Of a DNA stretch of 64,000 nt, positions 9,622 through 19,532 are shown one piece after another (the first letter of the stretch is position 1; each line of letters starts with the position of its first letter). Origin of the DNA: Candidatus Latescibacterota bacterium (lineage in GTDB: Bacteria; Latescibacterota; UBA2968; UBA8231). The stretch is from positions 5,216,001 to 5,280,000 of the forward strand of contig OZ242214.1 in assembly GCA_965206595.1 (NCBI GenBank), in the 5' to 3' direction. The notes beneath the pieces were generated by a model, which made no database searches, was not told the DNA's origin, and saw only the letters and a program-made list of their open reading frames with translations. Made by a program: the position numbers and the translations under genes.

Positions 9622-10425
9622 ATGACAGGTGGTGAATTCGACCGTCATTGCGAGAACGTCGAAAAAGACGGGTACACGGTTCTGCCGGCTGCGTTGACCG
9701 GCGAGGAGTGCGATGCGGCCACGGTGGAGCTGGAGCGGCTGGCAGCGGAAAAGGACCGTGGCGGGCTCGAGTGCGTTTTCAACAAGGCGCCTGTCTTTGA
9801 AAGGGCCTACCAGGTTCCCTCCGTGTTGGGGCTGCTCCGCCACTATCTGGGAGGAGATGCAGTCCTGTGTTCCGTTCACGGTTCCGTCATCGAGCCTGGC
9901 CAGGGTGGCGGGGGGTTGCACGCCGACGGTGAGGTTACCGGCCACCTGCGGTCTCGATCCCAGGCAGCGGCGGACAAGGGGCGCCGCATCACATCTCACG
10001 CGATGTCGATCAACACGATCTACTGTGTCGGAAAATTCACCGCGACCAATGGCGCCACCCAACTGGTCCCGGGCAGCCACAAGGTCGAGTCGCTCGAGAT
10101 CCCGGAGGACGCCGTCGAACAGGCTCGCATCATTGAAGCCGAACGGGGATCGGCGATCCTGTTTCACGCCAATATCTGGCACGGCAGCTCGAAGAACAGA
10201 AGCTCGCAAAGGCGTTACGCGATGATCGCGCCCTGGCGGCGCAACTGGTCGCGGGGGCCGTACGAGCTGTGCCGCATGGTCGAGCCGGAGGTTCTGGAGC
10301 GCGCCGGAGCGGAAGGGAAGCGGGTATTCGGCTTCGATGCCCTGCAGCCCTACCTCGAACTCTGGCAATGGGACCGCGAAACGGGTGAGCCGAAGCCAGA
10401 GTTCAGAGAGCTGAAACGGGATTGA
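9622..10425 (+). CDS. Phytanoyl-CoA dioxygenase (PhyH) family Fe(II)/2OG oxygenase
   Basis: DGYTVLPAAL, LHADG, NGATQLVPGSH, IWHGSSKNRSSQRRYA. Confidence 0.9.
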   Translation: MTGGEFDRHCENVEKDGYTVLPAALTGEECDAATVELERLAAEKDRGGLECVFNKAPVFERAYQVPSVLGLLRHYLGGDAVLCSVHGSVIEPGQGGGGLHADGEVTGHLRSRSQAAADKGRRITSHAMSINTIYCVGKFTATNGATQLVPGSHKVESLEIPEDAVEQARIIEAERGSAILFHANIWHGSSKNRSSQRRYAMIAPWRRNWSRGPYELCRMVEPEVLERAGAEGKRVFGFDALQPYLELWQWDRETGEPKPEFRELKRD

Positions 10426-10430
10426 GCGGA

Positions 10431-11610
10431 ATGAGCGAAACCGCTGAACCACAATTTACCGCGAACGAGTTCGGAAATGAGGGACGCAACCGAGCCGGCG
10501 GGCAAGTGAACGATATCGCCTACGTAGAATTCGACGGTGTCAGCAAGAGCTACGACGGACGCACTCTGGTCGTCGGAAACATCAATTTCAGCGTCCGCAA
10601 GGGGGAGTTCCTGACCCTGCTGGGACCGTCCGGCTCGGGCAAGACGACCTGTCTGATGATGCTGGCCGGATTCGAAGTGCCCACCTCGGGCGCCATCCGC
10701 ATCGACGGCCGCTCCGTGCATGCTCTGCCGCCGCGCAAGCGTGGCATCGGCATGGTGTTTCAGAACTACGCGATCTTCCCGCACATGACGGTGGGCCGCA
10801 ACCTCGCCTTTCCCCTCGAAGTGCGCGGGTTTGACCGCGAGCAGTGCCGTGACCGCGTGGAGCGAGCCCTGCAGCTGGTCCGCCTCGAAGGCCTGGCGGA
10901 CCGGCGGCCGGCCCAGCTCTCCGGCGGACAGCAGCAACGCGTGGCGATCGCCCGGGCGCTGATATTCGATCCTGACCTGGTGCTGATGGACGAACCGCTC
11001 GGCGCCCTCGACCGGCGCCTGCGCGAGGAGATGCAGTACGAGATCAGGCGCATCCACCAGAGCCTCGGCGTGACCGTGGTGTACGTCACCCACGACCAGC
11101 AGGAGGCGATGGTGATGTCGGACCGGATCGCCGTGCTGCGGCGGGGGGGGCATCGAGCAGATCGCCGAACCGGAGGCCCTCTACGAAGAGCCGGAGAGTT
11201 CGTTCGTCGCCCGTTTCATCGGCGAGAACAACCGCCTGCACGGCCGGGTGACCACGGTCAGCGAGGACATCTGTACAGTGGAAAGCGGCGGTCAGACCAT
11301 CCGGGCGCTGCGCGTCGTGCCCTGCCGGCCCGGCGACGCAACCACCCTGTCGATTCGCCCGGAGCGCGTTGCCATCGCCCCCGAGCCGGGCATGTACAGT
11401 AATGAGCTCGACGCCGCCATCGAGGACATCACCTTTCTCGGCGACCACCTGCGCCTGCGCCTGAAGGTGTGCGGGAGCTCGGACTTCATCGCCAAGATCC
11501 CCAACGTCGTCGGGCACGGCGCCGTGCTGGAGGGCGACCGCATCCGCATCGGCTGGACGCCGACGGACTGCCGGGTTCTGGACCCGGATGAGGACGAGGA
11601 CAGGCCGTAA
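10431..11610 (+). CDS. potA: Polyamine-type ABC transporter ATP-binding protein (PotA-like), frameshifted at G8 run 11143-11150
   Basis: GPSGSGKT, LSGGQQQRVA, LMDEPL, VTHDQ; removing one G joins to IEQIAEPEALYEEPESSFVARFIGENN and the TOBE domain of ORF 11248..11610. Confidence 0.85.
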
Positions 11611-11652
11611 CCTTCCCTTCCTGCCCGGCCGGACATGCCGGAGCGTTGATCC

Positions 11653-12068
11653 ATGCCTTCAGGAGACGGGACCAGCCAGACAGGCATCCGCTTTCAGCCC
11701 GACGAGAGTCCGCCGCACCTCCTCTCCGCCGGCATGGGAGTTCAGGCAGCGATGCTCGTCCTGGCTGCCTTGCCGGCGAGGAGACGCTGTTGAGCCTCGG
11801 GATGCCGGAAGAAGGGGAAGAAGCCGGGCAGAAGCGGGGTCTGCTTCTGTTCGCCAACCGCGACGGGAGCGCCCTTGGGATGGAGTTTGTGCCCGCCATC
11901 GGTGACGAGAACCTCGAGGACATGATGGTGATGCTGGGGGAACGGGCCGAAGCTCCCGACGAGCGCGAGCTTTCGCTACGCCTGCTGCGGCACGTTGCCT
12001 CGTCGGTGCGTCACCAGCAGTACCACGATACGGACATCGTAACAGTGCGGGTCGAAAGAGACAGCTGA
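11653..12068 (+). pseudogene. Internally deleted NCS2 (xanthine/uracil-type) permease-like gene
   Basis: ATG 11653 gives MPSGDGTSQTGIRFQPDESPPHLLSAGMGVQAAMLVLA (NCS2-like first helix), joined out of frame near 11770 to EETLLSL...ELSLRLLRHVASSVRHQQYHDTDIVTVRVE*; the membrane core is missing. Confidence 0.55.
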
Positions 12069-12223
12069 TTCGCAAAAACGCGCATCTTCGCGCACGGTAT
12101 GGGAGATTCACCCCGGAGGATTTCCGAACCAGCAAACGACAGCCAGCCGGGTGCGGAAACCGGATGGCGGGAACGCTGTGTGAAGGGAGGACAGTCGCGA
12201 GCAGCCCAATGCGGCCGATTGCG

Positions 12224-13838
12224 TCAACCGCCGAGGAGATCCTTCGCTACCTGTCGCGCCTCGTCCAGCGTTTCAACAACCTGTTTCTCCGGTAGGCTTC
12301 GCAGGATATCGAGACCGAAAAGGGTGCCTGCAACAGGACCCTCGAGCCCCATCACGATGGACTCGGTATGCTCCTTTTCCGCGACGTCCAGGAGCTGCGC
12401 GATCAACATGGCGGCACTGTCGTCGAGGTAGGTGGCACCCGAGAAGTCGAAGATGACGACCTCGTGATCCTTGATGTCACCGCCTATCACGCCCACCAGC
12501 TTGTTGGCGGAGGCGACGGTGAAGCTCCCCCTGAGCGCAACCAGGCCGACGCGGGCGGAATAGGGGTCCATCCCGGACGCATCCTCATGTTCGGAGAAGA
12601 ACGTCTGGTCCATCAGCGGCACCGAGACCACGCTGTCGAGCTCCAGGCGTTCCAACTGTCGCGCGTTGGCCATGCCTGCGGCGATCAGCCCTATGGCGAC
12701 GGCGGTTACCAGGTCGACGAACACCGTGAGCCCCAGGGTGAGAACCATGACCAGAAGATGTTCGCGCCGGATGCGGTGGACCCGGGTGAGGAGACGCCAG
12801 TCGATGATGTCCCAGCCCACTTTCATCAGGATGCCGGCGAGAGCTGCGTGAGGAATCGGCTCGACGTAGCGGCCGAGGCCCAGCAGCAGCGCCAGCAGGA
12901 GCAGGGCCCGCAATGCCCCCGATACCTGGGTCTGGCCGCCGGCGCGTATGTTGGTCACGGTGCCCATGGTGGCCCCGGCCCCGGGCAAGCCGCCGAACAG
13001 TCCGGAAACCATGTTGCCGATACCCTGCCCGACGAGTTCCCGGTTCGGGTTGTGGCGGGTACCGGTCAGCGAATCGGCCACCAGGGAGGTGAGGAGGCTG
13101 TCTATGGATCCGAGCAGGGCGAGGATGAGCACCGGTTCCAGGGCGCGTACGAGGAATCCGGCGGAGGGCAGGGTAAACTGCAGGCTCGGCAGGTCGGTCG
13201 GCACCGGTCCGATGACCGGGGCGTCGCTCAACCACAGGACGCCTAGAAGGGTGCCGGCAATCAGGGCCACGAGCAGAGGAGGCAGGAATCTCGCCAGCCG
13301 CCGGGGCCAGAGCACGGCGGCAGCGAGAGGACCGCGGCGATCGCGAAGGCGCCGAAATCGATACTGCCTACCGTCTCGGGCAAAGCCCTGATGGCGTCCA
13401 TGGGTCCACCCGGCGCGGTGGGGGCTCCGAGGAACGGCATGGTCTGAATCAGAATGATGATGATGCCTATGCCGGACATGAACCCGGAAACAACCACGTG
13501 CGGCGTGTAGGCCACGAAGCGGCCGACTTTCGACAGGCCCAGAAGCACCTGCAGCAGCCCGGCCAACACGACGATGGTCAAGGCTTCGGTGAGGTTGGCG
13601 GCGTGGCTGGTCACGATGACGGCCATGGCGACCGCCATCGGCCCCGTGGGTCCGGATATCTGGGACCGGGTGCCGCCGAACACCGACGCGAAGAAGCCGA
13701 CCGCGATCGCCCCGTACAGGCCGGCAGCCGCCCCCAGTCCCGAGGCTACCCCGAAGGCAAGCGCCACCGGAGTGCCACTATCATGGAGGTGATGCCGCCG
13801 AAAAAGTCCCCGCGGAGCGTATGGATGTCGTAGCCCAT
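12224..13838 (-). CDS. SulP/SLC26 anion transporter with STAS domain (BicA-like), two frameshifts (~13770, ~13330)
   Basis: MGYDIHTLRGDFFGGITSMIVAL / VALAFGVASG...ISGPTGPM...GFMSGIG / GSIDSLLTSLVAD, NRELVGQGIGN, STAS DFSGATYLDDSA in three successive frames. Confidence 0.85.
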
Positions 13839-14140
13839 GTCACACCTTCAGGTGTGGTTGAGTTGGGAGGAGTGCAGCTTTTTTCAAGGAACGCCGCTAT
13901 CCTACAGCTGCTTTCTAAGCGTATCCATGGTGATCTACCGCATGAGAGTACGGGCCGAATCTTCGCGTTTTGTCATGTTTCTGCAATTGCCAGAAGCTGA
14001 AACACCCGCGCATCGGACGACACTCCATCTGCCACCCCAGTCGAGCGAAGCAGACACACGTTAGCCGTCAGCTGTCCCCCCGAAGCCACCAAGGGAACGC
14101 GGCACCTGAGCCCGTTTTTTGGTTTTTACGGAGAATGGCT

Positions 14141-14169
14141 TTGTCACTCTTTCGTTCCTGCGGTATGTT
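14141..14169 (+). promoter_or_regulatory. Sigma70-type promoter for the TA pair (and possibly potD)
   Basis: TTGTCA (14141)-17 bp-TATGTT (14164), followed by AAGGAGG RBS and ATG 14189. Confidence 0.65.
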
Positions 14170-14188
14170 CCTACAAAAAGGAGGAACC

Positions 14189-14554
14189 ATGAAAGCTGTC
14201 AGTGTTCGCGAGCTGAAGAACAATCCGTCGGCGGCGCTTCGAGCGGCGCGGGCACATCCCGTAATGGTGCTCAACCGGCACCATCCGGAAGCCATTCTGT
14301 TTCATCTCGATGACGATTCGTTTCTCTCTGAGCCAGGTATCCGGCGCGCGCTCGCCACGGCTCTGTACCGCGAACAGAGCCTTTCCCTCGGGCAGGCGGC
14401 GCGCTTCTCCGGCCTCGGGACCGGCGCTTTCATCCAGCACATATCCCGGCTTGGCATTCCCGTGGTGGGAGGCAGCGCGGCTTCCGTAAATGAGGACACA
14501 GAGGCGATCAGGGCATGGCGGAAAGACTCGTCGCAGCCGACGCAAGCCCCTTGA
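14189..14554 (+). CDS. Putative antitoxin: Phd-like N-terminus fused to UPF0175-like domain
   Basis: MKAVSVRELKNNPSAALR (Phd-like), then ALYREQSLSLGQAARFSGL...LGIP (UPF0175-like). Confidence 0.8.
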   Translation: MKAVSVRELKNNPSAALRAARAHPVMVLNRHHPEAILFHLDDDSFLSEPGIRRALATALYREQSLSLGQAARFSGLGTGAFIQHISRLGIPVVGGSAASVNEDTEAIRAWRKDSSQPTQAP

Positions 14555-15021
14555 TCGGACTCGCCTCCGCGGGCGCATTCGACCTGCTTCGCAGGCTGTT
14601 CGGCTGCGTTACCGTAACGACAGCGGTGCGCGACGAGGTGCTGGCGGGGGGCGACCTTCCGGGGGCACGGGAGGTCGCCGAGGCGATCGAGGACGGATGG
14701 ATCGAAGTGGGGACAGCTTGCCCCGACCTGGCGAAGTTCCCCGATCTTGGCGCGGGTGAGGCCAGTACGCTTACGCTCGCCAGCTCGAGAACGGACCAAT
14801 GTCTGGTGTTGATGGACGACCCGTTTGGCCGTGTCCATGCCCGCGTTCATGGACTTTCCGTCACCGGGCTTGCCGGAGTGCTGCTCGCCGCCAAACGCGC
14901 GGGGTTCATACACAGCATCCGGCCCTTCTTCGAGCGCCTCGAGAAAAGCAACTTCAGACTATCGCAGGAAGTCATTCGCACCATCCTTGAACAGGCCGGA
15001 GAAACAGATGCTACGCAATGA
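14515..15021 (+). CDS. DUF3368-type PIN-domain protein (putative toxin)
   Basis: VAADASPLI, AVRDEV, LGAGEAS, LMDD, VTGLAGVLLAAK, NFRLS; overlaps the antitoxin. Confidence 0.82.
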   Translation: MAERLVAADASPLIGLASAGAFDLLRRLFGCVTVTTAVRDEVLAGGDLPGAREVAEAIEDGWIEVGTACPDLAKFPDLGAGEASTLTLASSRTDQCLVLMDDPFGRVHARVHGLSVTGLAGVLLAAKRAGFIHSIRPFFERLEKSNFRLSQEVIRTILEQAGETDATQ

Positions 15022-15079
15022 GCCATGATGAGGTTCCATTGAAGCCCCGAAGAGGCTCGAACAACAAGGAGCGGACAAC

Positions 15080-16180
15080 ATGAAGGACAGGCAGAGATGG
15101 GCATTTTCCATCGCCGCGCTGATCGCGGCTGCCTTGCTGCCCTGTAGTAGCGCCGTCGCCGAAGACCAGTCGCTGACCGTGGTATCCTGGGGCGGATCCT
15201 ATGCGCGCGCCTGCGTCAAGGGCTACCACGAGCGCTTCACCGCGGAAACGGGAATCGCCGTCCACCTCGAAGACTACAATGGCGGGCTGGCGCAGATACG
15301 CGCCCAGGTCGACGTAGGCAACGTGTACTGGGACGTGGTCGACCTGGAAATCCCCGACATGGTGCGCGGCTGCGACGAGGGCCTTCTCGAGGTCGTTTCG
15401 ATCGACTCGCTGCCGGCTGGAGCCGACGGAACCCCCGCGGCAGAGGATTTTGTCGAGGGAACGGTCACCGATTGCGGCCCGGCCACGATTTTCTACTCGA
15501 CCGTATGCGCCTACAACGAGGAGAATATCCCGGGCGAGAAACCCACCACCATGGCGGATTTCTTCGACTTGGAGACATTCCCGGGCCGCCGCGGAATGCG
15601 GCGCTCGCCACTGGTGAACCTGGAGTTTGCGCTGATCGCCGACGGTGTGCCCCCCGACAAGGTCTATGCCACCCTCGATACACCCGAGGGCGTGGACCGG
15701 GCCTTCCGCAAGCTCGACACCATCAAGGAACAGATCGTGTGGTGGGAGACTGGAGCGCAGCCCCCGCAGATGCTCGCCGACGGCGAGGTGACGATGAGCA
15801 CGGCCTACAACGGGCGCATCTTCAATGCCCAGGTGCTGGAAGATCAGCCCTTCGTCATCGTCTGGGACGGCCAGGTACTGGATACCGGCGGGCTGGCCAT
15901 CGTCCCCGGAACCCCCGATCTCGAGGCGGCGATGAAGTTCGTCGCGTTTGCCTCGACGGCCCGGTCCATCGCCGACGTCGGGCGCTACATCGCCTACAGC
16001 CCGACCCGCCGCTCGGCGATGCCGCTGATTTCGACGCATGCCGAAAAGGGCGTGGACATGAACCCGCACATGCCCACGAGCGAGCAGAACTCAAAGCGCG
16101 CCCTGCACAACAACTGGGAATGGTGGAGCGACCACGGCGACGAAATGAACGAGCGCTTCAGCACCTGGCTGGCCCGGTGA
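15080..16180 (+). CDS. Polyamine-type ABC transporter substrate-binding protein (PotD/PotF-like)
   Basis: Signal peptide, LTVVSWGGSY, YNGGLAQIRAQV, WDVVD, LEFALIADGV, WWETGAQPPQMLADGEV, AYNGR. Confidence 0.9.
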   Translation: MKDRQRWAFSIAALIAAALLPCSSAVAEDQSLTVVSWGGSYARACVKGYHERFTAETGIAVHLEDYNGGLAQIRAQVDVGNVYWDVVDLEIPDMVRGCDEGLLEVVSIDSLPAGADGTPAAEDFVEGTVTDCGPATIFYSTVCAYNEENIPGEKPTTMADFFDLETFPGRRGMRRSPLVNLEFALIADGVPPDKVYATLDTPEGVDRAFRKLDTIKEQIVWWETGAQPPQMLADGEVTMSTAYNGRIFNAQVLEDQPFVIVWDGQVLDTGGLAIVPGTPDLEAAMKFVAFASTARSIADVGRYIAYSPTRRSAMPLISTHAEKGVDMNPHMPTSEQNSKRALHNNWEWWSDHGDEMNERFSTWLAR

Positions 16181-16228
16181 GGGGTCGGCGATGGAAATGG
16201 TAGGAATCCAAAAAGAAGGAGGACCAAA

Positions 16229-16591
16229 ATGGGGGCGACCTACGTTGATGTAACAATCCGGAATCCCGCGGAGCCTAAACGAACCTGGACCGGCGCCTTC
16301 CTGGTGGACACCGGCGCCTTCGACTCGCTTGTACCCAGGGAACACTTGGAAGCGATCGGACTCAAACCAAAGGGTCGCCGGGAGTACACCCTGGCGAATG
16401 GAACCAAGATCAGCCTGGAGATCACGACGGCGGACCTGGAATTCGAGGGAGAGCTCGTAGGCGGCACCCTCGTATATGGAGAGGAAGGTGCCGACCCGTT
16501 GCTCGGGGTAACGGCGCTGGAGTCCGGCGGCTTCGAGGTGGATCCACGAAACCAGGAACTGAAGCGATTGCCGGCGATTTTTCTGAAGTGA
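16229..16591 (+). CDS. Clan AA (retropepsin-like) aspartic protease, small stand-alone type
   Basis: FLVDTGA catalytic motif, YTLANG, PLLGVTALE; AGGAGG RBS. Confidence 0.85.
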   Translation: MGATYVDVTIRNPAEPKRTWTGAFLVDTGAFDSLVPREHLEAIGLKPKGRREYTLANGTKISLEITTADLEFEGELVGGTLVYGEEGADPLLGVTALESGGFEVDPRNQELKRLPAIFLK

Positions 16592-16631
16592 TGCGAGTTG
16601 GGTCAAACCAACGAAACAGGTGGGGACGACC

Positions 16632-18155
16632 ATGAACCAACAGCAGCCACATCAGTCCGGAAATGGCACCTACTGCCTCGATATCAAGGACTTCGGGCCG
16701 ATCGCCCAAGCGAGGGTGGAGGTACGGCCTCTCACTGTGTTCATCGGGCCGAGCAACACAGGCAAGTCCTACCTGGCGATTCTGATCTATGCGCTCAATC
16801 AATGTATTGGCGGGGATCGCCTTCTCTTTGGCGTCAGGCACAGGATTTCCCTGTTCAATCCCGAAGGCGAGATCTCGCCCGAAATCCATGGCAGCTTGAG
16901 GGATTGGGCCGCTAGGTTATCCGAGCATGAGCAGCCTGAAGGATTGCCCGCTAACGTAGTCGCGCACATTCGATCAAAGCTTGAGGAAGCAAGCGGTCTC
17001 GAACGGGCGTTTACAGAGGAAATACGTCGTTGCTTCGGGATTGACGCGCTCAGGGAACTGGTGCGACGGGAGGGCAGGAGTACGCAAGCGACCGTCAATA
17101 TAGAGGTTCCCCAGAAAGACACGCCGGAAGCGGTTCGCTACGAGTTCAGGTTCGGCTCGAACGAGCCGGGCGCAATCGGTAGCCTGCCGCACGACCTGTC
17201 CGGCTCGCAATCAGATCGCTGGCTCCGCGACCCCGCCGTTCGCCATCTGAGCAGGCTTCTGCACGAGTCTGGTGATCAGGAGACGACCCCCCAAGAGGAT
17301 CGCCTTCGAGAGCTTCTATCCTACCTGACAAGCGTGGCCTTCACATCGTTGTTCAGTCCGCTATTCCCAAATGCGTACTACTTGCCCGCCGATCGCACCG
17401 GGGTCATGCACAGCCATCAAGTGGTCGTCAACACCTTGATCCACAACGCTACCACTGCCGGGCAGCGATCCTCCATGAACCTCCCGATGCTGTCCGGTGT
17501 GTTGGCCGATTTCCTTGGGGGTCTCATAGGAATGAGTGAACGTCATCACCGAGAATCTTTGGGGAAATTGGCAACGCAACTGGAGGACAAGGTGCTGAAG
17601 GGTACCGTCAGGTTGGACCGCGCCGAAACCGGCTACCCCAGTTTTGCCTATCGCCCGAGCGGTTGGAAGGTGGACCTGCCGCTAATGCGGACATCCTCCA
17701 TGGTTACCGAGCTCACGCCCGTCGTGCTGTATCTGCGCTACCTCGTGTGCCCGGGCGACGTGCTCATCATCGAGGAACCGGAGGCGCATCTGCACCCTGG
17801 CATGCAAGCCGTGTTCGCCCGCGAGATCGCCCGCCTGATTCACTCCGGCGTCCGTGTCATCATGACAACCCACAGCGAGTGGTTCCTGGAGCAGATCGGA
17901 AATCTCGTCAGGCTTTCCTCATTGCCGGAAAACAAACGGAAAGGCATCGTGGGAGCGGATGTCCCACTGCGTCCCCAAGACGTCGGCGCGTGGCTGTTCA
18001 AGCCTACGCAACGCCCCAAGGGTGCGGTCGTAGAGGAAGTCGTTCTGGACCCGGAGACGGGTCTGTTTCCAACCGATTTCGATCTGGTCAGTGAGACCCT
18101 GTACAACGAAGGCGCCGAGATATTCAATCGGTTGCAGGAAGGCAAGGGCCAATGA
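16632..18155 (+). CDS. ABC/AAA-family ATPase (AAA_15/AAA_21-like, no membrane partner)
   Basis: IKDFGPI, Walker A FIGPSNTGKS, YLPADRTG, TSSMVTEL signature variant, Walker B/D-loop IIEEPEAHLHP, H-loop TTHSE. Confidence 0.9.
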   Translation: MNQQQPHQSGNGTYCLDIKDFGPIAQARVEVRPLTVFIGPSNTGKSYLAILIYALNQCIGGDRLLFGVRHRISLFNPEGEISPEIHGSLRDWAARLSEHEQPEGLPANVVAHIRSKLEEASGLERAFTEEIRRCFGIDALRELVRREGRSTQATVNIEVPQKDTPEAVRYEFRFGSNEPGAIGSLPHDLSGSQSDRWLRDPAVRHLSRLLHESGDQETTPQEDRLRELLSYLTSVAFTSLFSPLFPNAYYLPADRTGVMHSHQVVVNTLIHNATTAGQRSSMNLPMLSGVLADFLGGLIGMSERHHRESLGKLATQLEDKVLKGTVRLDRAETGYPSFAYRPSGWKVDLPLMRTSSMVTELTPVVLYLRYLVCPGDVLIIEEPEAHLHPGMQAVFAREIARLIHSGVRVIMTTHSEWFLEQIGNLVRLSSLPENKRKGIVGADVPLRPQDVGAWLFKPTQRPKGAVVEEVVLDPETGLFPTDFDLVSETLYNEGAEIFNRLQEGKGQ

Positions 18156-18626
18156 GCGGGCTGTTTGAATCGGTGGCGGATAAGGTGCCTAGCGAATGTC
18201 ACGCCAAGCGCCTTCGCAAAAGAGGGCTTCTCGGTGTCGATGAAAGGAATTTCCGAAACCCGCGTCGTCGTCGATACCGACTGTAACGCGCTTGACCTGG
18301 GACCTGCAAGTAAGCGGTGCGACTACCTGTTCGTGGGCGAAGAACTGAACGCAGCATGGGTTGCGGCGATCGAGCATAAGAGTGGCTCCTTCAAGGCAGG
18401 GCGGGTCGTGGAACCGCTCCAGGGAGGCGCCAACGTTGCCGACAAATGGCTGCCTGCTGGAAGCTCGTTCCAATTCGTTCCGGTTCTGGCCCATGGAAAG
18501 GGAGTTCACAGGAACGATCAAAGGACGCTTCGTTCCAGAAAAATCAACCTACGTGGTCAGGAGAAACAGACCGTACTGATCCGCTATGGGCAAGAGCTGA
18601 AAGAGGCTTTCCGGCAGAGGCGGTAA
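18152..18626 (+). CDS. Small PD-(D/E)xK-like nuclease-fold protein coupled to the ATPase; +1 frameshift at A4 run 18218-18221
   Basis: ATG 18152 overlaps ATPase stop (ATGA); MSGLFESVADKVPSECHAKRLR joins KEGFSVSM...KRCDYLFV...WVAAIEHKSG (D...ExK) if one A is removed. Confidence 0.6.
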
Positions 18627-18722
18627 CGCAAAGACGACGGTCCGCCTGCTTTTGTGCGCGGACCTTATACCCGGGTTGAGAATGGGAGTTGAGTGCCATC
18701 AGCCGTAGAATGGGAAGGGTGT

Positions 18723-19532
18723 ATGAACAAAACCGAACTCATGAAAGAGTTGCAAAAGTACGATATAGCCGAGCGTCAGGCTCGGTCCCGGTGCCTCAGA
18801 GGATGAAATCAGGAAGTTCTATTTGCACCCTTCCCTGGCAGATTCCGTTGGGAAGTATTGCTCACTGTCGGTCTTTGAATTCCTGAGTGAAAAGTCCAAA
18901 GAGTGTCTGGAGTTTATTGGCGTTGAGCCGAAGATGAGCGATTTCAGCTTGGCACCAAGCCACTTGCAGGAACTATCGGAGCTGGAAACGCGTGCGGGGA
19001 TAATCTTGAAAGTTATCGGGGGACTATTTGGGGTGGGTGCTATTCTGAAGCGTTCCCCGGATTTGGAAAGATGTATTGCCTATGCGAGGGCGCTTCGGGC
19101 CCATGAACGCAGCCGTCTATCCTTTTGGAGAACCTTGTCATGGCGAGAGTTTGAGATAGAGGTTGCGAGGTTATTTCGTCGAATGGGCTTCAGGTCGAAT
19201 CCAACACCGGCAACTGGAGACAGCGGTGTAGACGTGACTCTTCCGGATGAGATGGGCAGGAATATTCTAGTCCAATGCAAACACCACGCAAGGCCAATCG
19301 GTCCCGCCATCGTTAGAGAAATGCTTGGTACGATCGTCCGTGAAAAGGCTTCTTTTGGCATTACTGTCGCTCTCTCCGGATTTACCCAAGGTGCATACGA
19401 TACAGCTGGACATTCTGTGATGTTATTGGAGGTGGAAGATTTGATAAATCTAAGCAAGCGGAACTTGGTTTTGAATCTTGGGGGGATGGCTTCGCGACCG
19501 CGGAATTTCGACCACAAAGGAGATTTATGTGA
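18723..19532 (+). CDS. Mrr-type restriction endonuclease domain protein with N-terminal hydrophobic segment; apparent frameshifts ~18789 and ~19483
   Basis: SWREFEIEVARLFRRMGF, GDSGVD, LVQCKH, IGPAIVREMLG, SGFTQGA (Mrr_cat); GIILKVIGGLFGVGAIL segment; adding one G in run 19480-19485 gives a TGA at 19530-19532. Confidence 0.75.
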
